Assembly (NCBI GenBank): GCA_000934665.2
Contig: JYFJ02001851.1
Coordinates: 1-64,000, forward strand
Direction: 5' to 3'
Length of the DNA: 64,000 bases
Source of the DNA: Catajapyx aquilonaris
Lineage: Eukaryota
Positions within the stretch are counted from its first letter, which is position 1, and each line of letters begins with the position of its first letter. Positions 1-12,512 of this stretch are shown one piece after another. The position numbers and the translations under genes were made by a program. The notes under the pieces are model-generated. The model was not told the DNA's origin and ran no database searches. It was given only the letters and a program-made list of their open reading frames with translations.

Positions 1-1069
1 CAGGCAAGAGTAAGGTGAGGTAAGCAAGCAAGGTTAAGGTTATCCTGGCCAGACTGTAACCCGCACGGCGGGACAATTCTTTATTCACTGATGATACATG
101 ATTTTTCAAAGTTTTTCAGGGCAAACATATGGAACGAGGTGGGGGTGTGAGGTGGGATTGGGGGTGAAGGGGTCAGATATTCTGAAGGAAAAACACATGG
201 CTGTGCAGTCTTTTCCTGGGCCAACTCTGTCCGCATTCCTATTTTTACACATCCAATCAGCATATCTGTGTCGACTATACGCTTTAAGAGAAGCAGGTAA
301 TTTATCACAGATAGTGACAAACTTTGGCTTATTGTTACTTATAAGGCCTATTTAAAGACATATCGAGGAACGAAATATTACAAACAAACAAATTTTCTAA
401 TATATATATACCCCTACCTTTAACAGCACCCCAACATACCCGGGTAACGCCTGGTAACCTTCTATTAGAACATAATTATAGCCTAAATGAAAACGGATCG
501 AAGTTAAGTCATCGAATACTACAGCTATTAAATATATTGCGGAAATCAAGTTCTTCTCGAGCTAAAGCGCTGTGATTTACCACCTGCTCTAATATTGACT
601 TTTAAGGATGGGATGTTATTCAGGCGTGTGAGATGGAATTTCGAGTCATGAATGGTCTTGGAACATTGCGTTATTCGTGCACTATACTGTATAGATTATA
701 TTTATGCGTGGAATCCCATTTACATGCTGCTCACATGGGAGCCAATGTTGTGAGTGGATATGAGCATGTCTGTGGTGAATAAGATCAATCATGAATGGGT
801 GAATGCATTTCAAGTGCCACTTTTGCCGTTTTATTATTCACCTACACTCCGCAGTAAAAAGAACTTTCATAACTCGCGTGGACAGAGGAAAGTAAACACG
901 GATATAATTAATTTACCCCGTGTAGGTTAATCGGTATCTGTACATGTGGCCTACTCTCGACCCTTCGCTTCGGCTGGGAAATGAGACAATTTTCTGTACT
1001 CGCCAACATGAACTTGGACTTAGGGAGACTGAAAATGCATTGATATCCCATCGTAAGGCCCTGCCAGCA

Positions 1070-1220
1070 CTTCGAGTTATGGAGAACTTCGAGTTATAGA
1101 AATTCGAGTTAGGGAAGTTTATTTCCTATTATTTTACATTGTGACCAACCAAGCTCATCATTTTCTTCGACTTATGGAGAAGTTCGACTTAGGGAAGTTC
1201 GACTTATAGATGTTTCACTG
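1070..1220 (-). mobile_element. One terminus of a pogo/Tc1-mariner-like MITE
   Basis: Six short repeats TTCGA(G/C)TTA ending in ...GATGTTTCACTG; the reverse complement CAGTGAAACATCTATAAGTCGAAC resembles pogo/Tigger-type termini. No partner end found. Confidence 0.55.
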
Positions 1221-1399
1221 TTTTTGAATACACGCCAGTACGTAATTATTGCCTGACATGCCTTAAATTATTTACGAATAAATATAAATTCGTGTTTGGA
1301 AAATAATATATATTATAAATAATCAGCCCAAAAGCTTTGGAATATGCCCTTCTACTGGTAAATAAAGGCTACCTGTACGTAAACAACATATGGAGAAAT

Positions 1400-1725
1400 T
1401 GCTTCAAGTTGGTGTCCCTTGTTCCGGTTCTGAGTTTATGAATTGTGCAGAGCACTGAAAGAGAATAAATTTACTCAGGGGCTTGTTGACGAAGCAGTTT
1501 GGTCTAATCCAGTACAAAGAACCTTCTTTTGGCAGGAAGTTGAATTCTAGGAAGCATTGGGGCTGCACGAAGGAAATGTTCCTCATCTTTTGGATGCTGA
1601 TGGAAAGGCCTCCCGAGGATTCATTCTGGTTGATCTCTTTCAACAGACCAGGCCGAAGGAGACACTTGGGAGCTAAGGAAGGAAGGCCATCCAATTATAT
1701 GCAAACTACTTCAAAATATCCTGCC
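1400..1725 (-). pseudogene. Possible degraded C-terminal fragment of a CR1/L2-type LINE ORF2
   Basis: Manual minus-strand translation through stops gives ...PAKRRFFVLD*TKLLRQQAPE*IYSL...HKLRTGTR, resembling the RR..L..KL...AP.YL...H...TR pattern of L2/CR1 C-termini. Weak, by eye only. Confidence 0.3.
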
Positions 1726-1750
1726 CCTCAGAATTAGTATACTCATTTTG

Positions 1751-1801
1751 AGAGGGAGGGGGAAGGAGAGAGGGAGAGGGAGGGAGAGAGAGAGAGAGAG
1801 A
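1751..1801. repeat. Polypurine (GA)n/GGA tract
   Basis: agagggagggggaaggagagagggagagggagggagagagagagagagaga seen directly. Confidence 0.9.
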
Positions 1802-3662
1802 AACCGCGAGGGACTCATGGGATGACAGTTGTACTGACAGCGGGACAAAACATCCTTCTTCCACTATCTTCCGCATGGCTCTTAGTCGGAATTCTAATAT
1901 CACTGTCAAAAATGGCGGAGCAGTATGCTGTATAACTATCTTGAGAATGAAGATCCCGGAAGTTTGAGGAAGTACTCGAGATGTTAGCAACTACTGTAAG
2001 TCTCCTGAGCACTATTTGGAGTTATTCTCGCTGAGAGAGCCGACAGAAGGGTCCCATATATTACGTTATTGATCAAAATACGTAGTACCATCTCCACTAT
2101 AGTGTGTTATTTCATCTGCTGAAACCGATTATTCGGTGTATGCTCTGGAGTGTACGTTGAGGGCTAGAGAGATACACTGGCATCACTTCTCTGTCGACGT
2201 AACTATATCACACAGGCGTTCTCCTGTCACATGCATGACAATCAAATCCTCTTTGAGATGAGTTTTTTCAGTGAAGCACATGCCCGCTTTGAATTTCGTA
2301 CAACAACCCCCGAACAAAACGTTGAAGTAGATGATAGTTACTGATCAGTAGCAACTGAAATACATTAGGCTACGACGACCGACAAACTCCATTATGCAGA
2401 AGTGAGTCAGATTTTTCCCTACCAGGTTTCTCAATTGTGATTCCCGTTTGGAATATGTATTAGAGATTTGACTACAGTTTTCCAGTCTAGTAGTGCCACA
2501 GAAATATCACAATTGCTAATAAAGTATTAATATGTTTAATTTCTTTACTGAGATGACATTCTCTGCAGTTGAAATTGACGGCTTTCACTTATGCTAAACT
2601 TCAGTGAAATATTCTATGTTGGTTGCGTGCACTAAGGATAGAATGCGACCGACTTTCTTATTTCTTCCAAATCATATTTTTTCATTCAGTAACCAATTAA
2701 AAGCAAGCACGCGCTTGAATTGTAAGTGCAAGCATGCCACCCAAGAAAAGAACCACATGGAAGAAATATTCAGGAACGATTAGAGTCTACGATTGCCCGC
2801 AAATATTTGCCAAATTCCAATCGGCAAGGGTATATTCTAAGTATGAAACAGTTTAGAAAAAAAATCATAATTATTCACTTTTGCATAACAGCTTAGTAGC
2901 AACAACCCCCACTGAAAATATATTATTATTCTAGTTGACATTATTTTCTTGGACAAAACGCTGCTTTAAATCAAAATTATCTTGCACTAACTATGTAAGC
3001 TTGATGAGGCAGAAAATGCGCATACCACACTTACTTAACCTGAAGCATATTTCATAATCATTAGGCTTTGTGGAGTCATTCATCTTGGTGGAAAATAGAT
3101 TAATACCTGCATTTTAAATGACATTGCCATTACAAGTTTACTATGTGATGCATTATTAAAACTCTACTTACAACGCAGGTAAATAGGTAATGACTCCAAC
3201 GGAATAGTCTTATTCTTATTTATTGCAATTCACTGCAGTTACTGCACTGCAACACAACGGTATGCTGTTCTCGTAGATGATCTTTCTGTAATCATGAAGT
3301 ATCTGGAATGTTTTAGATATTCTCTCTTTGTTGGCCAGAAAAAATGTTCAAAATACCTGTGGATAAAAATACTGTAGAGCATAATATAGCCAGTTGACCA
3401 AGGCTGGTCTAAAGACCAGCTTCTTGTCCCATTATTAGCCCTGCTATTAGTAGGCTTCTCCCACAAACTTGTCCACCAACAGCACATTAATAATGGGAAA
3501 GGAAACGGGCCTTGTATGTGTTTGAAATGAAACACCTCAATTTCCTAGAGCCTTTGGCTATACATAATTATACCGTACACGTACAGTACTGTATATGCCT
3601 GTGCTGGTGATGGAATGCCAGATATGTTAGTTTTGAGAATTATGTTTATATTTTAATGTATA

Positions 3663-3923
3663 AATTGAAGCATCCAGAAGCAAAAGTGATTAAGTCATTT
3701 TGACAAACTTTTCACGACAGGCCTTAAGTAGTACTTAGCAACTTCTGCTTCGGAAGTTTGACTATGTCATGGATGATATGATGTGGAGAACACTTACATC
3801 GTTCCTTTGCCGCGCGAAATCTTTTTCCGTAAAATAGTACCATACAATAGGACCACAAAAAAGCCAGAAACGCAATTTGGAGAAAAACTGGCTTAATCAC
3901 TTTTGCTTCTGGGTGCTTCAATT
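3663..3923. mobile_element. Short TIR element (MITE-like)
   Basis: 32-bp inverted repeat AATTGAAGCATCCAGAAGCAAAAGTGATTAAG (3663-3694) vs 3892-3923, one mismatch, ~200-bp spacer. Confidence 0.6.
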
Positions 3924-4478
3924 ACACTAGGCAACAAGAAAAAATGTAATGAAAACTGTAATGAAAATAGCAAATCTTGACTAATTTCGAGGTGGTGAAT
4001 ACGAAAATGACAATAAAATTTGTCGATTGGCTCTAGTTTATGAGATACAGAGGTGGTCATATATGGCCATGTATATACTGTATACGACATACAAGGGAAC
4101 ATCGCGAATTTCTATGTGAAGTTCAAGTTCAAAATGTGTTTTTCTGTTTTTTATACGCTAGAAAGAAGGCACCTGTCCAGAAAAACCCTGGTTCTCATCA
4201 AGAATTCATGAGATACGGTGGTCAAAAGGTCAAAAATTGACCCATTTTGCAAGGTTCTGAGGAAGTTGTATTTTATAAGTGATATCGGCGAGGTTTTTGG
4301 TGATAAAGGTTTTTTTGCATGGGGGAAACAATGGTAAAGCTGGCAATTATGAATTATGAAATATAAGTGCACTTTTCATGGAAGAGGAAGGGGGGGGGGG
4401 CGTCAAAAATGAGTAAAAACCACTATCTTATAGTGCGCATGAGTGTAAAACTAGTTTTGAGACATTGACCTAGACACC

Positions 4479-5080
4479 CAATGTGGTGAATTTTATTATT
4501 TATTATTAGCGGAACCTTCAAACCATTAAATGACTACTTTAGTCGGCAATATCGGCAGTAGAAGCGGACCTTTACAGCTGGTATACTCGCTATATGTAGC
4601 CTATATTACGTATTACTCTATTATGTAAGAAACTATTGCGGATTTCTCAGAAATCGTCGTCAATTTTGGAATTTAATTGTCATATTCGTGATCAGCACCT
4701 TTAAATCATTACTAAATGACTACTTTAGTTGGCAATGTCGGCAGTATAAGTGGACCTTTACTGGTACAAGTCATATGTACGTATTACTAGAAACTATTGC
4801 GGATTTCTCAGGAATCGTAGCCAATGTTGGGTTTTCATTGTCATATTCGGGATCAGCACCTTCAAATAATTAAGAAATGACTACTTTAGTCGGAAACGTC
4901 GGCAGTAGAAGATGACCTTTACTGTGGTAACGCTATATGTATACTACAGTACGTATAGGCCTATTGCTCTATTATGTAAAAAAAACTATTGCGAACTTCT
5001 CATGATTCGTAGCCAATTTTGGACTTTTATTGTCATATTCGTGATCAGCACATTGAAAATTATTAATAAATGTCTACTTA
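4479..5080. repeat. Diverged tandem repeat, ~160-190-bp unit, ~3.3 copies
   Basis: Anchor AAATGACTACTTTAGT at 4528, 4714 and 4875, degenerate at 5068. Blocks AAACTATTGCG and ATTGTCATATTCG(T/G)GATCAGCAC recur in each unit. Confidence 0.9.
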
Positions 5081-7181
5081 AATATCAGAAGTTTGACTTT
5101 TGTCAAAATTTGTTGCCCAGTATACGTGTCATAACTTATAATTATGCTACCATGCTTAGGCTATGCAGTGATATTCCTTCCACAGATTTTGAGGCATAGC
5201 ATGTTGGAGTGTTATATGCGGCAGAGTTTACAAACTTTACTGCAAACTGACTGGCAAGTCACATACAATAGTTACAAGCGATGGGTTACAAAGTTTTGTT
5301 CCAAGGACATGTGTCCAAATAATGCAGCAGTTGCACTGCATCATAGCTGAGAATTTGGCACGAGAAGAACTGGAATTACTGCACTAAAGTTAGAAAAAAT
5401 ACTGGGGGAGGGGGGGGGGGTCCTTTCAAAATAGGAACATTTGTCTTTTTTGTTGCATGGCTGGCAGCAGGATGGCGCCACATGAGACGATTTATTCCTA
5501 TCTCCCTTGCCAGCAAGGCCTCTTTTTTCCAACCCTCTCTTCTTCCGCTTTTTATGTATTAAAACCAGGCCCGGAAATTACAATAAAGTTTCCCCACGAC
5601 GCAGATTCAAAGTCCCGATTCTGGACACAATGGGAAAAGTTTTGAAGGTTGTAGCCAGCTTTGCTTTTGTCTGTGCTGGTGCACTTTTTTTCTTGCTACA
5701 GCGTATCGCCATTGACGCAATTTTCCAGTTGCAGTGTACCAATAATTTATTTACAGAAAAGGGGTCTCTTCTGCGATGTATGAATAATGACGGAATGCTA
5801 TTGTAGCGCTAGCCCAATGCGTAAGAAAAAGCAAAGTCCAGTCCTGGGTATGACCTTATTTCAAATCCGGCAGGAAATCGATTCTCCGGACCGTAATAAA
5901 CAGTGTCATTTGCCAGTAGACTACGCGGAGTCACACAGGCTATATCGTAGCGTATCACAGTTTCTCAGCCTTTTACTATCAGTTATCGACGTTCCGGATT
6001 TTGTCCCGGGTTCCGAAGAGAAATATGGCGTTTACTCTTGGTTTTATACCAGTCTAACGCTTAGCCACAAAAGTACAGGATGTTCCATAATAATTCAGAC
6101 AAACCTCTATATAGGGTGAAGTTCTGGATACCAGAAAATAAAGATGTCCCTTTTTACTTTTTACTCCATATACTTTTGGTTGTTTTGCCCCCTGTAGTGT
6201 GATTACTCGATACAAACAAAAAATAGTGTAATCTACGTAGTTTTAAAACTATAGGAAACATCTTTACGGCGATAACATTAGCTTGGCAATCACCTGTCGG
6301 TTAGGCGACTTCCATGGGCTATTACTTACCTGGTAATGTCACCAAAAACTATTGCAGCTGCACGCCTTCCGAGCACTTTTGGAGAACCCTTATACCTTCA
6401 CCCTATCCTATATACGTGCTCGTTCTTGGGATCAAGTGAGATTAGTGCGGTAATTGCAGTGTTTTCAGTTTCGGTTCCTGACATGAGCAGAAGCTGCAAA
6501 AAGTACAAAAATGATAATTGTAGACTGGAGAAAGCCGGAAGCACGAAATAATTTATAAGTGCCTACACGTACTTTCATCGATGGCGTAGATGCGAGTCTG
6601 AGGTAAACAGGTAATAACCACATCTTCATTTCATGAGAGCTCTGCGCTTATAGCCCTACTTGCTATAGGGCAAAATAATGCTAACAGTTCAGAGGCATTC
6701 ATCATAGAGTTTATTCTAAGGAAGTGCACAAAAGGCATGTCCAACTTGTCGTAATAGGGGTATAATGAGAAGAGCGGCAAGGAAATTTTTCGTGTCCAAG
6801 GTCACACAAGTTTAGGCGAACGTAACTGACTGCTATTATTATTATCATCGATAATTAATTTTTCGGGTCACCTGTACTACTTACCACAGACTATTATTTA
6901 CCTGTTGGGAGGGCCCGTCGCGTCGCGGAGGGCCCCTTTTGAGCGCGTGACATCTAAAAAAAATTACGAACTTCGATTGTTAAGAAATTGATGCGTGTTT
7001 TCGATATTTATTACCAATTACCTAAAGAAACTATAAATTTATGACTGCTAAAGTAGTTCGGGGACCCCATGCGTTCGATAATTGTAAAAGGAGCAGTGCC
7101 CCCCCCCCCTACCGCCCCCCGTTGCGTTGGAGGGGTACAGCGACCCATACACGCCGTCTCTGTGTGTCGATGTATAATTAT

Positions 7182-7342
7182 GTTAGGCTCAAACCCCGAA
7201 AACGGCCATTGGGCGAAAAAAAAACGTCCATACTGCTCTATGCCAAACCATCCATTCCGCAGAATGGATGGTTTGGCATAGAGCATTCTGCAGTATGGAC
7301 GTTTTTTTCGCCCAATGGCCGTTTTCGGGGTTTGAGCCTAAC
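7182..7342. mobile_element. Near-perfect fold-back (palindromic) MITE with 8-bp flanking duplication
   Basis: GTTAGGCTCAAACCCCGAAAACGGCCATTGGGCG...CGCCCAATGGCCGTTTTCGGGGTTTGAGCCTAAC; arms pair almost to the centre (~7259); ATAATTAT on both sides. Confidence 0.8.
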
Positions 7343-7359
7343 ATAATTATGTACAGTAT

Positions 7360-7436
7360 ACCCTGCGGGACCCCTAAATTTCGTTGGGCCCTAAGCACGT
7401 GCCCCGGTAGGCCCCTTCGGTAATTGTACGGCACTA
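7360..7436 (-). mobile_element. hAT-like MITE end (probable host of the 7182-7342 palindrome)
   Basis: Reverse complement TAGTGCCGTACAATTACCGAAGGGGCCTACCGGGGCACGTGCTTAGGGCCC; GGGCCC subterminal motifs also occur at ~6910-6935. Confidence 0.35.
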
Positions 7437-7800
7437 GCACAGTACACATAATAAATGTTTTTGCAATAAAATCTGCTATGGTCCAGCCACCACATCACAT
7501 GCAAAATTGACATGAAATCACCCATCTACGTTTGAATTCATCCAACGCCTTCAAAATGATATTCCCTGCCAAATTGGGACAAAACCGAAATAATTTTACA
7601 GCAATGTGGCATACTTTCTTCATTCATATCCTTATTAAAAGGTTAGACGTAGACTTTTTTAAAACAGAAATACTCATATTAGGGCAAAGGCCACTAGACC
7701 GACCCCAAGACAAAACAACATGATTAGACTCTTTGTCCATTGTATTATGTTACAATATATTGTTCGATTTTTCTGATGCTTCACAGCAGTGTCTTGTATA

Positions 7801-8181
7801 CAGGGTGTTCGTATGACAAAAAGATATGGGTGGTAGGGGGTGCGTATGGAAGAAGCATGGTATGGGGCCGAAAGGTCGGCGACGATGACTATCCTGACAA
7901 GTGTGGATACCTCCGTACACGCCTGCAGCGCTGGTTGCTGAGGCCAGGGGCTGGAACTCACAGACAGTTGCTCAACCGCCTGGCTCCGGAAACCAGCAAT
8001 GCAGGCATGTACGGGGGTATCAATACTCTTGTAAGGACAGTAGGATACACATCGTCGATGGTTGACAACTTGACATCTCCTAGAAGTAGCGTCGGCGGAC
8101 TTTCGGGTCCATACCATCCCTTTACCATACGCACCCCCTACCACCCACATCATCTTGGCAGACGAATTCGGGGACACTCTG
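7801..8181. mobile_element. Tc1/mariner-type MITE with long imperfect inverted arms
   Basis: TA|CAGGGTGT ... ACACTCTG|TA. Internal arms GGGTGGTAGGGGGTGCGTATGG / CCATACGCACCCCCTACCACCC plus a second inner inverted pair. Confidence 0.85.
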
Positions 8182-8953
8182 TATACCGTTCATACGTCAT
8201 AAATTAAAGTTATGAAGCACAATATCGTGTGTTAGAGTCACTACAAAAAATGCTCTGCGGGTAATATAGGCTACAGTATTCATGATTTCCCACGCAGACG
8301 CGGGCGGTTATATTCGATTGAAATAGAATTCGACCGAATTTAGTCTGTAACATACGCTATAACTCTTTATTACGTACAGACTTTCATCAAAATTTCAGGA
8401 GTTAGGGTCAAAACATATCTTTTATGGTTCACCTTACGTGACTTCACCATATAAAGTAATATTGTAACCGGCCTGGAATTTACAAAATACAGCAGAAGTC
8501 CATGGAGATCAGATCCTCCAGATTGTGGCTCAAAGGAAAGCGTGTACTGTACAGTAGCCTACGTGTCCGTGGATGTAAAACAATAAATTCTGAAATCTAT
8601 ATCAGGGTTTGCTTTCAGATAGGCCTACAGACTTCTATCGTCATGTACTTGTAATCCGTCAGTGTCCGGAAAAGTTACAAATAATAAATAATGGCAATGA
8701 TAAATGATACTAAAATTACATCTTTCATATCTTCCGCTGTAAGTTACAGTTCCATAGACAGCTGGGACATGAAAATAGCACAGCAAGAATTGAAGCTTAT
8801 GTCCACTGCCTACTGAAATACAGGGTCATCGAAAAAGAATGTCCCAATTTTAAAACCCTACTAGGTAACCAGTTGCCAAAATTTGGCAAAAGTGGTTAGT
8901 GTGGTAAAGTGCGAAAGTGGCAAAGGCACACAAAAAATCACTGTTGCATTGCA

Positions 8954-9775
8954 CTCCCCTTCAGCCTCCAGCGAAAGTAATTCCCATTGTGTCTTGCCTT
9001 TGCCATGACCATCAACAACTCCTTCATGCAGGGCGACCTAGGGTTTAGTGCACCCCTGGCAAGTCTCGACTTTATTTCGCTGCTGTGGATGGAGCACAGG
9101 ATCAGGCAGCTGTGCACAGACGATCATGTCGATTTGATCAGCGTCGTTGATGGTGTCGTCCGCTGACAGATGAACCAAAATGTGTGCATGAGGAAGTCCT
9201 AGCTCGCTTTTGGAACTCAATTGTGTAGATGAGCGCGGTGGGCCTGCCGAAAATCTGAAGAGCTCCTCGACTCCTCCCAGGGTGCATACTGACTACAATC
9301 ACCAAAATGTGCTCATGCAGATCGTTACTGACCGTGGCCAGGACCAGCGACGATACAGCGACGCTACCGCTAACGACGTTGCGGCCGTATTTCGCGGGGT
9401 AGAAGGAGCCCCCCCTCCCCTCCCGGATTGCAGCATCATCGTTTATCCACCCTCTGGCATAATTATCCTCTTCTGTTTCCATACGGTGATCTCGGATGGG
9501 TGGTGAGACGCGGTAAGGAGGGAGGGACACTTTACCTTTGTGGCAGCAGTCACCAAACCTGGCACCACGTCCATGAGCTTCTGCCGAAAAGTGCAGTGCA
9601 CACACTGAGGGTCCAAGTGACCTAAGGTGATAATGTTGCACAACGGAGAGTCGCATAGGGCTGCTGTGAATGTTCTGACCACATTTTGGAGTGAGATTAT
9701 TCTGGAATGCACGTTTCTAGTATTTTCCTCTCTACCACGTCTTCCAGTAAGGTTCTTTTGTCGAACAGTAGGCAT
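8954..9775. pseudogene. Fragmented Helitron RepHel (Rep/Pif1 helicase) relic
   Basis: Minus 9775-9505: MPTVRQKNL...LGHLDPQCVHC/ALHFSAE...DCCHKGKVSLPP (Helitron N-terminal Zn-finger-like). Plus ~9290-9503: DQRRYSDATANDVAAVF...GAPP, YPLLFPYGDLGW. Minus ~9285-9055: IYTIEFQKR/GLPHAHIL...IDMIVCAQLPDP (HUH Rep motif). Plus 8954-9022: LPFSLQRK*FPLCLAFAMTINNS (Pif1 helicase C-terminal motif). Frameshifts and stops are present. Confidence 0.88.
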
Positions 9776-9907
9776 AACTTTGTGGATTAACACGGTCCTG
9801 CAGGTGCGGGCAACATACAGGCAACCTGATGATGAACACAGTCCTGAACACCGGCGCAAGATGTCTGCCAGGCAGCATAGAGCCGGAGGGACGGTGTACG
9901 GGATATA

Positions 9908-10208
9908 ATAATAATATCATAATATCATAATATCATACCCCGTTATCAGCCGGCGGCTCTTTAGGGGGGAGTTTTTGTTTTGACTGGAACTCTTTCTTTG
10001 CATTTTTACTTCGCTTTTGGGGATAGGATAGGGACGGAAGGAAGCGGCTGTGGCCTTTTATTTTAGGAAACAACCCTGGCATTTACGTGGAGGGACCGTG
10101 GGAAACCACAGAAAACCACGGTTAGGGTTGCCGGCCCCGGGGATCGAACCCAGGACATCCCGATTAGCAGTCGGATACCATATCCCCTCCGCCACCACTG
10201 CTTCGGTC
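9908..10208 (-). mobile_element. tRNA-derived SINE, family A, copy 1
   Basis: Minus strand: A-box-like TGGCGGAGGGG, B-box GGTTCGATCCCC, core GTGGTTTTCTGTGGTTTCCC...GGCCACAGCCGCTTCCTTCC, (TGATATTA)n tail. Flanking duplication CGGTGTACG(G/A)GATATA. Homologous to the copies at 39.4, 47.0 and 60.1 kb. Confidence 0.92.
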
Positions 10209-10235
10209 GGTGTACGAGATATATATATATATACA

Positions 10236-10776
10236 CAGGGTGATCCAACTCTATGGCACCAGTAGTTATTGAAAAAATCGCGCAAGCTGCTTGTTTATAA
10301 GCAAGTCGTTGCTAAGAGATGCTTTCTGGCTCTTTCTGGAGAATCGGGAATAGCACCTGCTGATATTAGGTCCAATGGCCATATAACAATAATATTTTAT
10401 TTGCTGGTAACTAAACAACGCTGCCTGTTGACCTGCCTCAGTTTTGCCAACAGCGGCCAACAATGAACAGACCAGAAGGCCTATTTATTGACACACCCGG
10501 GTCTGTCCAGTTCCGACGGATTAGACCTTTGGTTTGGCAGCTAGTGACCTCATGTGAAACCCTCCAGCGAACACCAGAACAGGCCTGTTTCCCACGGATG
10601 ATCCTTTTTTCCCTCATTAATATTGTCACATGGGCATTGGACCTAATATCAGCAGGTGCTATTCCCGATTCTCCAGAAAGTAACTCTTATTGATCTCTTA
10701 GCAACGACCTGCTTATAAACAAGCAGCTTGTTGATTTTTCCAATAACTGTTGGTGCCACTGAGTTGGATCACCCTG
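10236..10776. mobile_element. Tc1/mariner-type MITE, ~85-bp TIRs
   Basis: CAGGGTGATCCAACTC...CAAGCTGCTTGTTTATAAGCAAGTCGTTGCTAAGAGAT mirrored by ATCTCTTAGCAACGACCTGCTTATAAACAAGCAGCTTG...GAGTTGGATCACCCTG|TA. Confidence 0.88.
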
Positions 10777-12512
10777 TATATACACAGGATGGACGGAAAG
10801 TTTCGGACCCCCCCCCCCCATATTTTCCACCGAGGGGCTAAGAAATTGTCTGTTATAGCCGAGATGAGGTGAAATTCGAGTCTGTTATAAGCGAATGTCT
10901 GTTACACCCGCGGCTGTTACATTCGGATTGAACTGTAGTTGATTTCGGCGATTTCAGCTTCACTATGGAGGCAATAGTATAGCTAGAGGGCTCATCCTGA
11001 GCGCCAGGCGACCCGTGTAGTACAGCTGTTAAACGGGTCGACTGGAGCACAGGATGAACCCTCTTACCACCATCATTTTTAGCCAGCCCCCCGCAACTAG
11101 CTCTCTTTTCCCGTGCGCGTAGCTGGTCCGCTAACCCTGGATGAAGAGTCCGAATATCCGGATGTAGAGCCCTGTATCAAAACGCATTCGGGGGACGTCT
11201 CTGAACCTTTATGAACCTACCTATATCGTCAACTCCCATTCAGCCCCTGTTTGCAGAGCCACCGCACCAGCCACCCGAATGCAGCTAGGTATATAGGTGT
11301 TTTGTTATCGGTTATTATGTATATGTTACGGTCAATATGTTTAACCCGGGCGTTTTGTAAAATGACCGGGGCACTGTGTAGAATGGTCAATTTTTTGGGT
11401 GTGTATAATGGGAAGGCATTTAACAAATGGGCCGGACATTTTAGATGTAATGCCCACGGTTCGTTGGGCAGTGTGTTGCTTCTTTATCGTCATCTGTTAT
11501 CTCTTGTACTCTGTCTGTCGCTCCTACACATTCTTCTATTCAGATAGACGTATCTGTCAGTCGTGTTTTATTTCACTTAGGTATTTCCCCCGTATTCGAA
11601 TTTGAAGTTGTGGTATATTTCTTTTGTGTTTCATCGCCATGGACCATCTTACAAACTGACTTGTGACTTCTCTGAGGGAGGCGGCATCTTTCAACAGCGT
11701 GTCAGGGTCACAGGAGGGGTGTAAGAAATGCAACTGAAAAACCAAATGTGTTTCAAAAAAGTGTGCGTGCAGAGCTACCGGTCAGCTTTGTAATTCCAAG
11801 TGCCACAGTTCTATTCCAATTCTTAGCCAATAAATGATCTTTAATGATTAACTCTGATTATAATGCCTGTATGTTGATTTTGACTAAGGGATTTATTGTT
11901 GCAATAAAAAACACATTTTTGAAAGTTCCTTGTCAGAGCGATTCAAGACTACTATAGAATACAAGGGACACTTGAACCTGACTCAAAATTTGGCCAGGAC
12001 ACCACCACGAAGCTGGTAGACCGGGAGAAAGCCGCATTCTCGCCAAGTTACAACATTGTTGTACTCACAACTAATGCCAGCTCAGTGGTGTGAGACTGAC
12101 TGATGGGGGAAGGGAGAGAGTAGAGGGACTTTGGGGGAGAGGGTGGGAACGCCGGATTCTTGGGGAGCAAAAACATCTGAGGATGGGAAGCTCGGCTCGG
12201 AAATGCTATAAACACCAAGCCCTGCCTTTTTGGCCTGATGTGCGACGGTAGTTCTCTTGTCTGGCGAAGGCGCATGGGTTGAATCCCATGGAAAAGAAAA
12301 TATCGATAGCAAATTGCCACTTTCCACTGGCTGAGTATGAGCTGGGTAATAAAAGGAAAGCCCATGCCCGGCACTTTTATAGTCTGACTCACTGATAGAC
12401 GTGGGAAAAAAGTACCAGGAAATTTTACGGGTCACTCGCCCTGTGCGTCACTCTGATGTGACAGGGCTGCCTGTGAGGATCGGGCTTGAACGACACACGT
12501 AGATACAAATAA

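Noticed and set aside
4479..5080. CRISPR-like repeat-spacer array
   Set aside because: Whole units are homologous and diverged, there are no cas genes, and the context is eukaryotic.
7674..8207. Overlapping 155-167 aa ORFs with shared WVVGGAYG peptides
   Set aside because: Artefact of the MITE's inverted arms.
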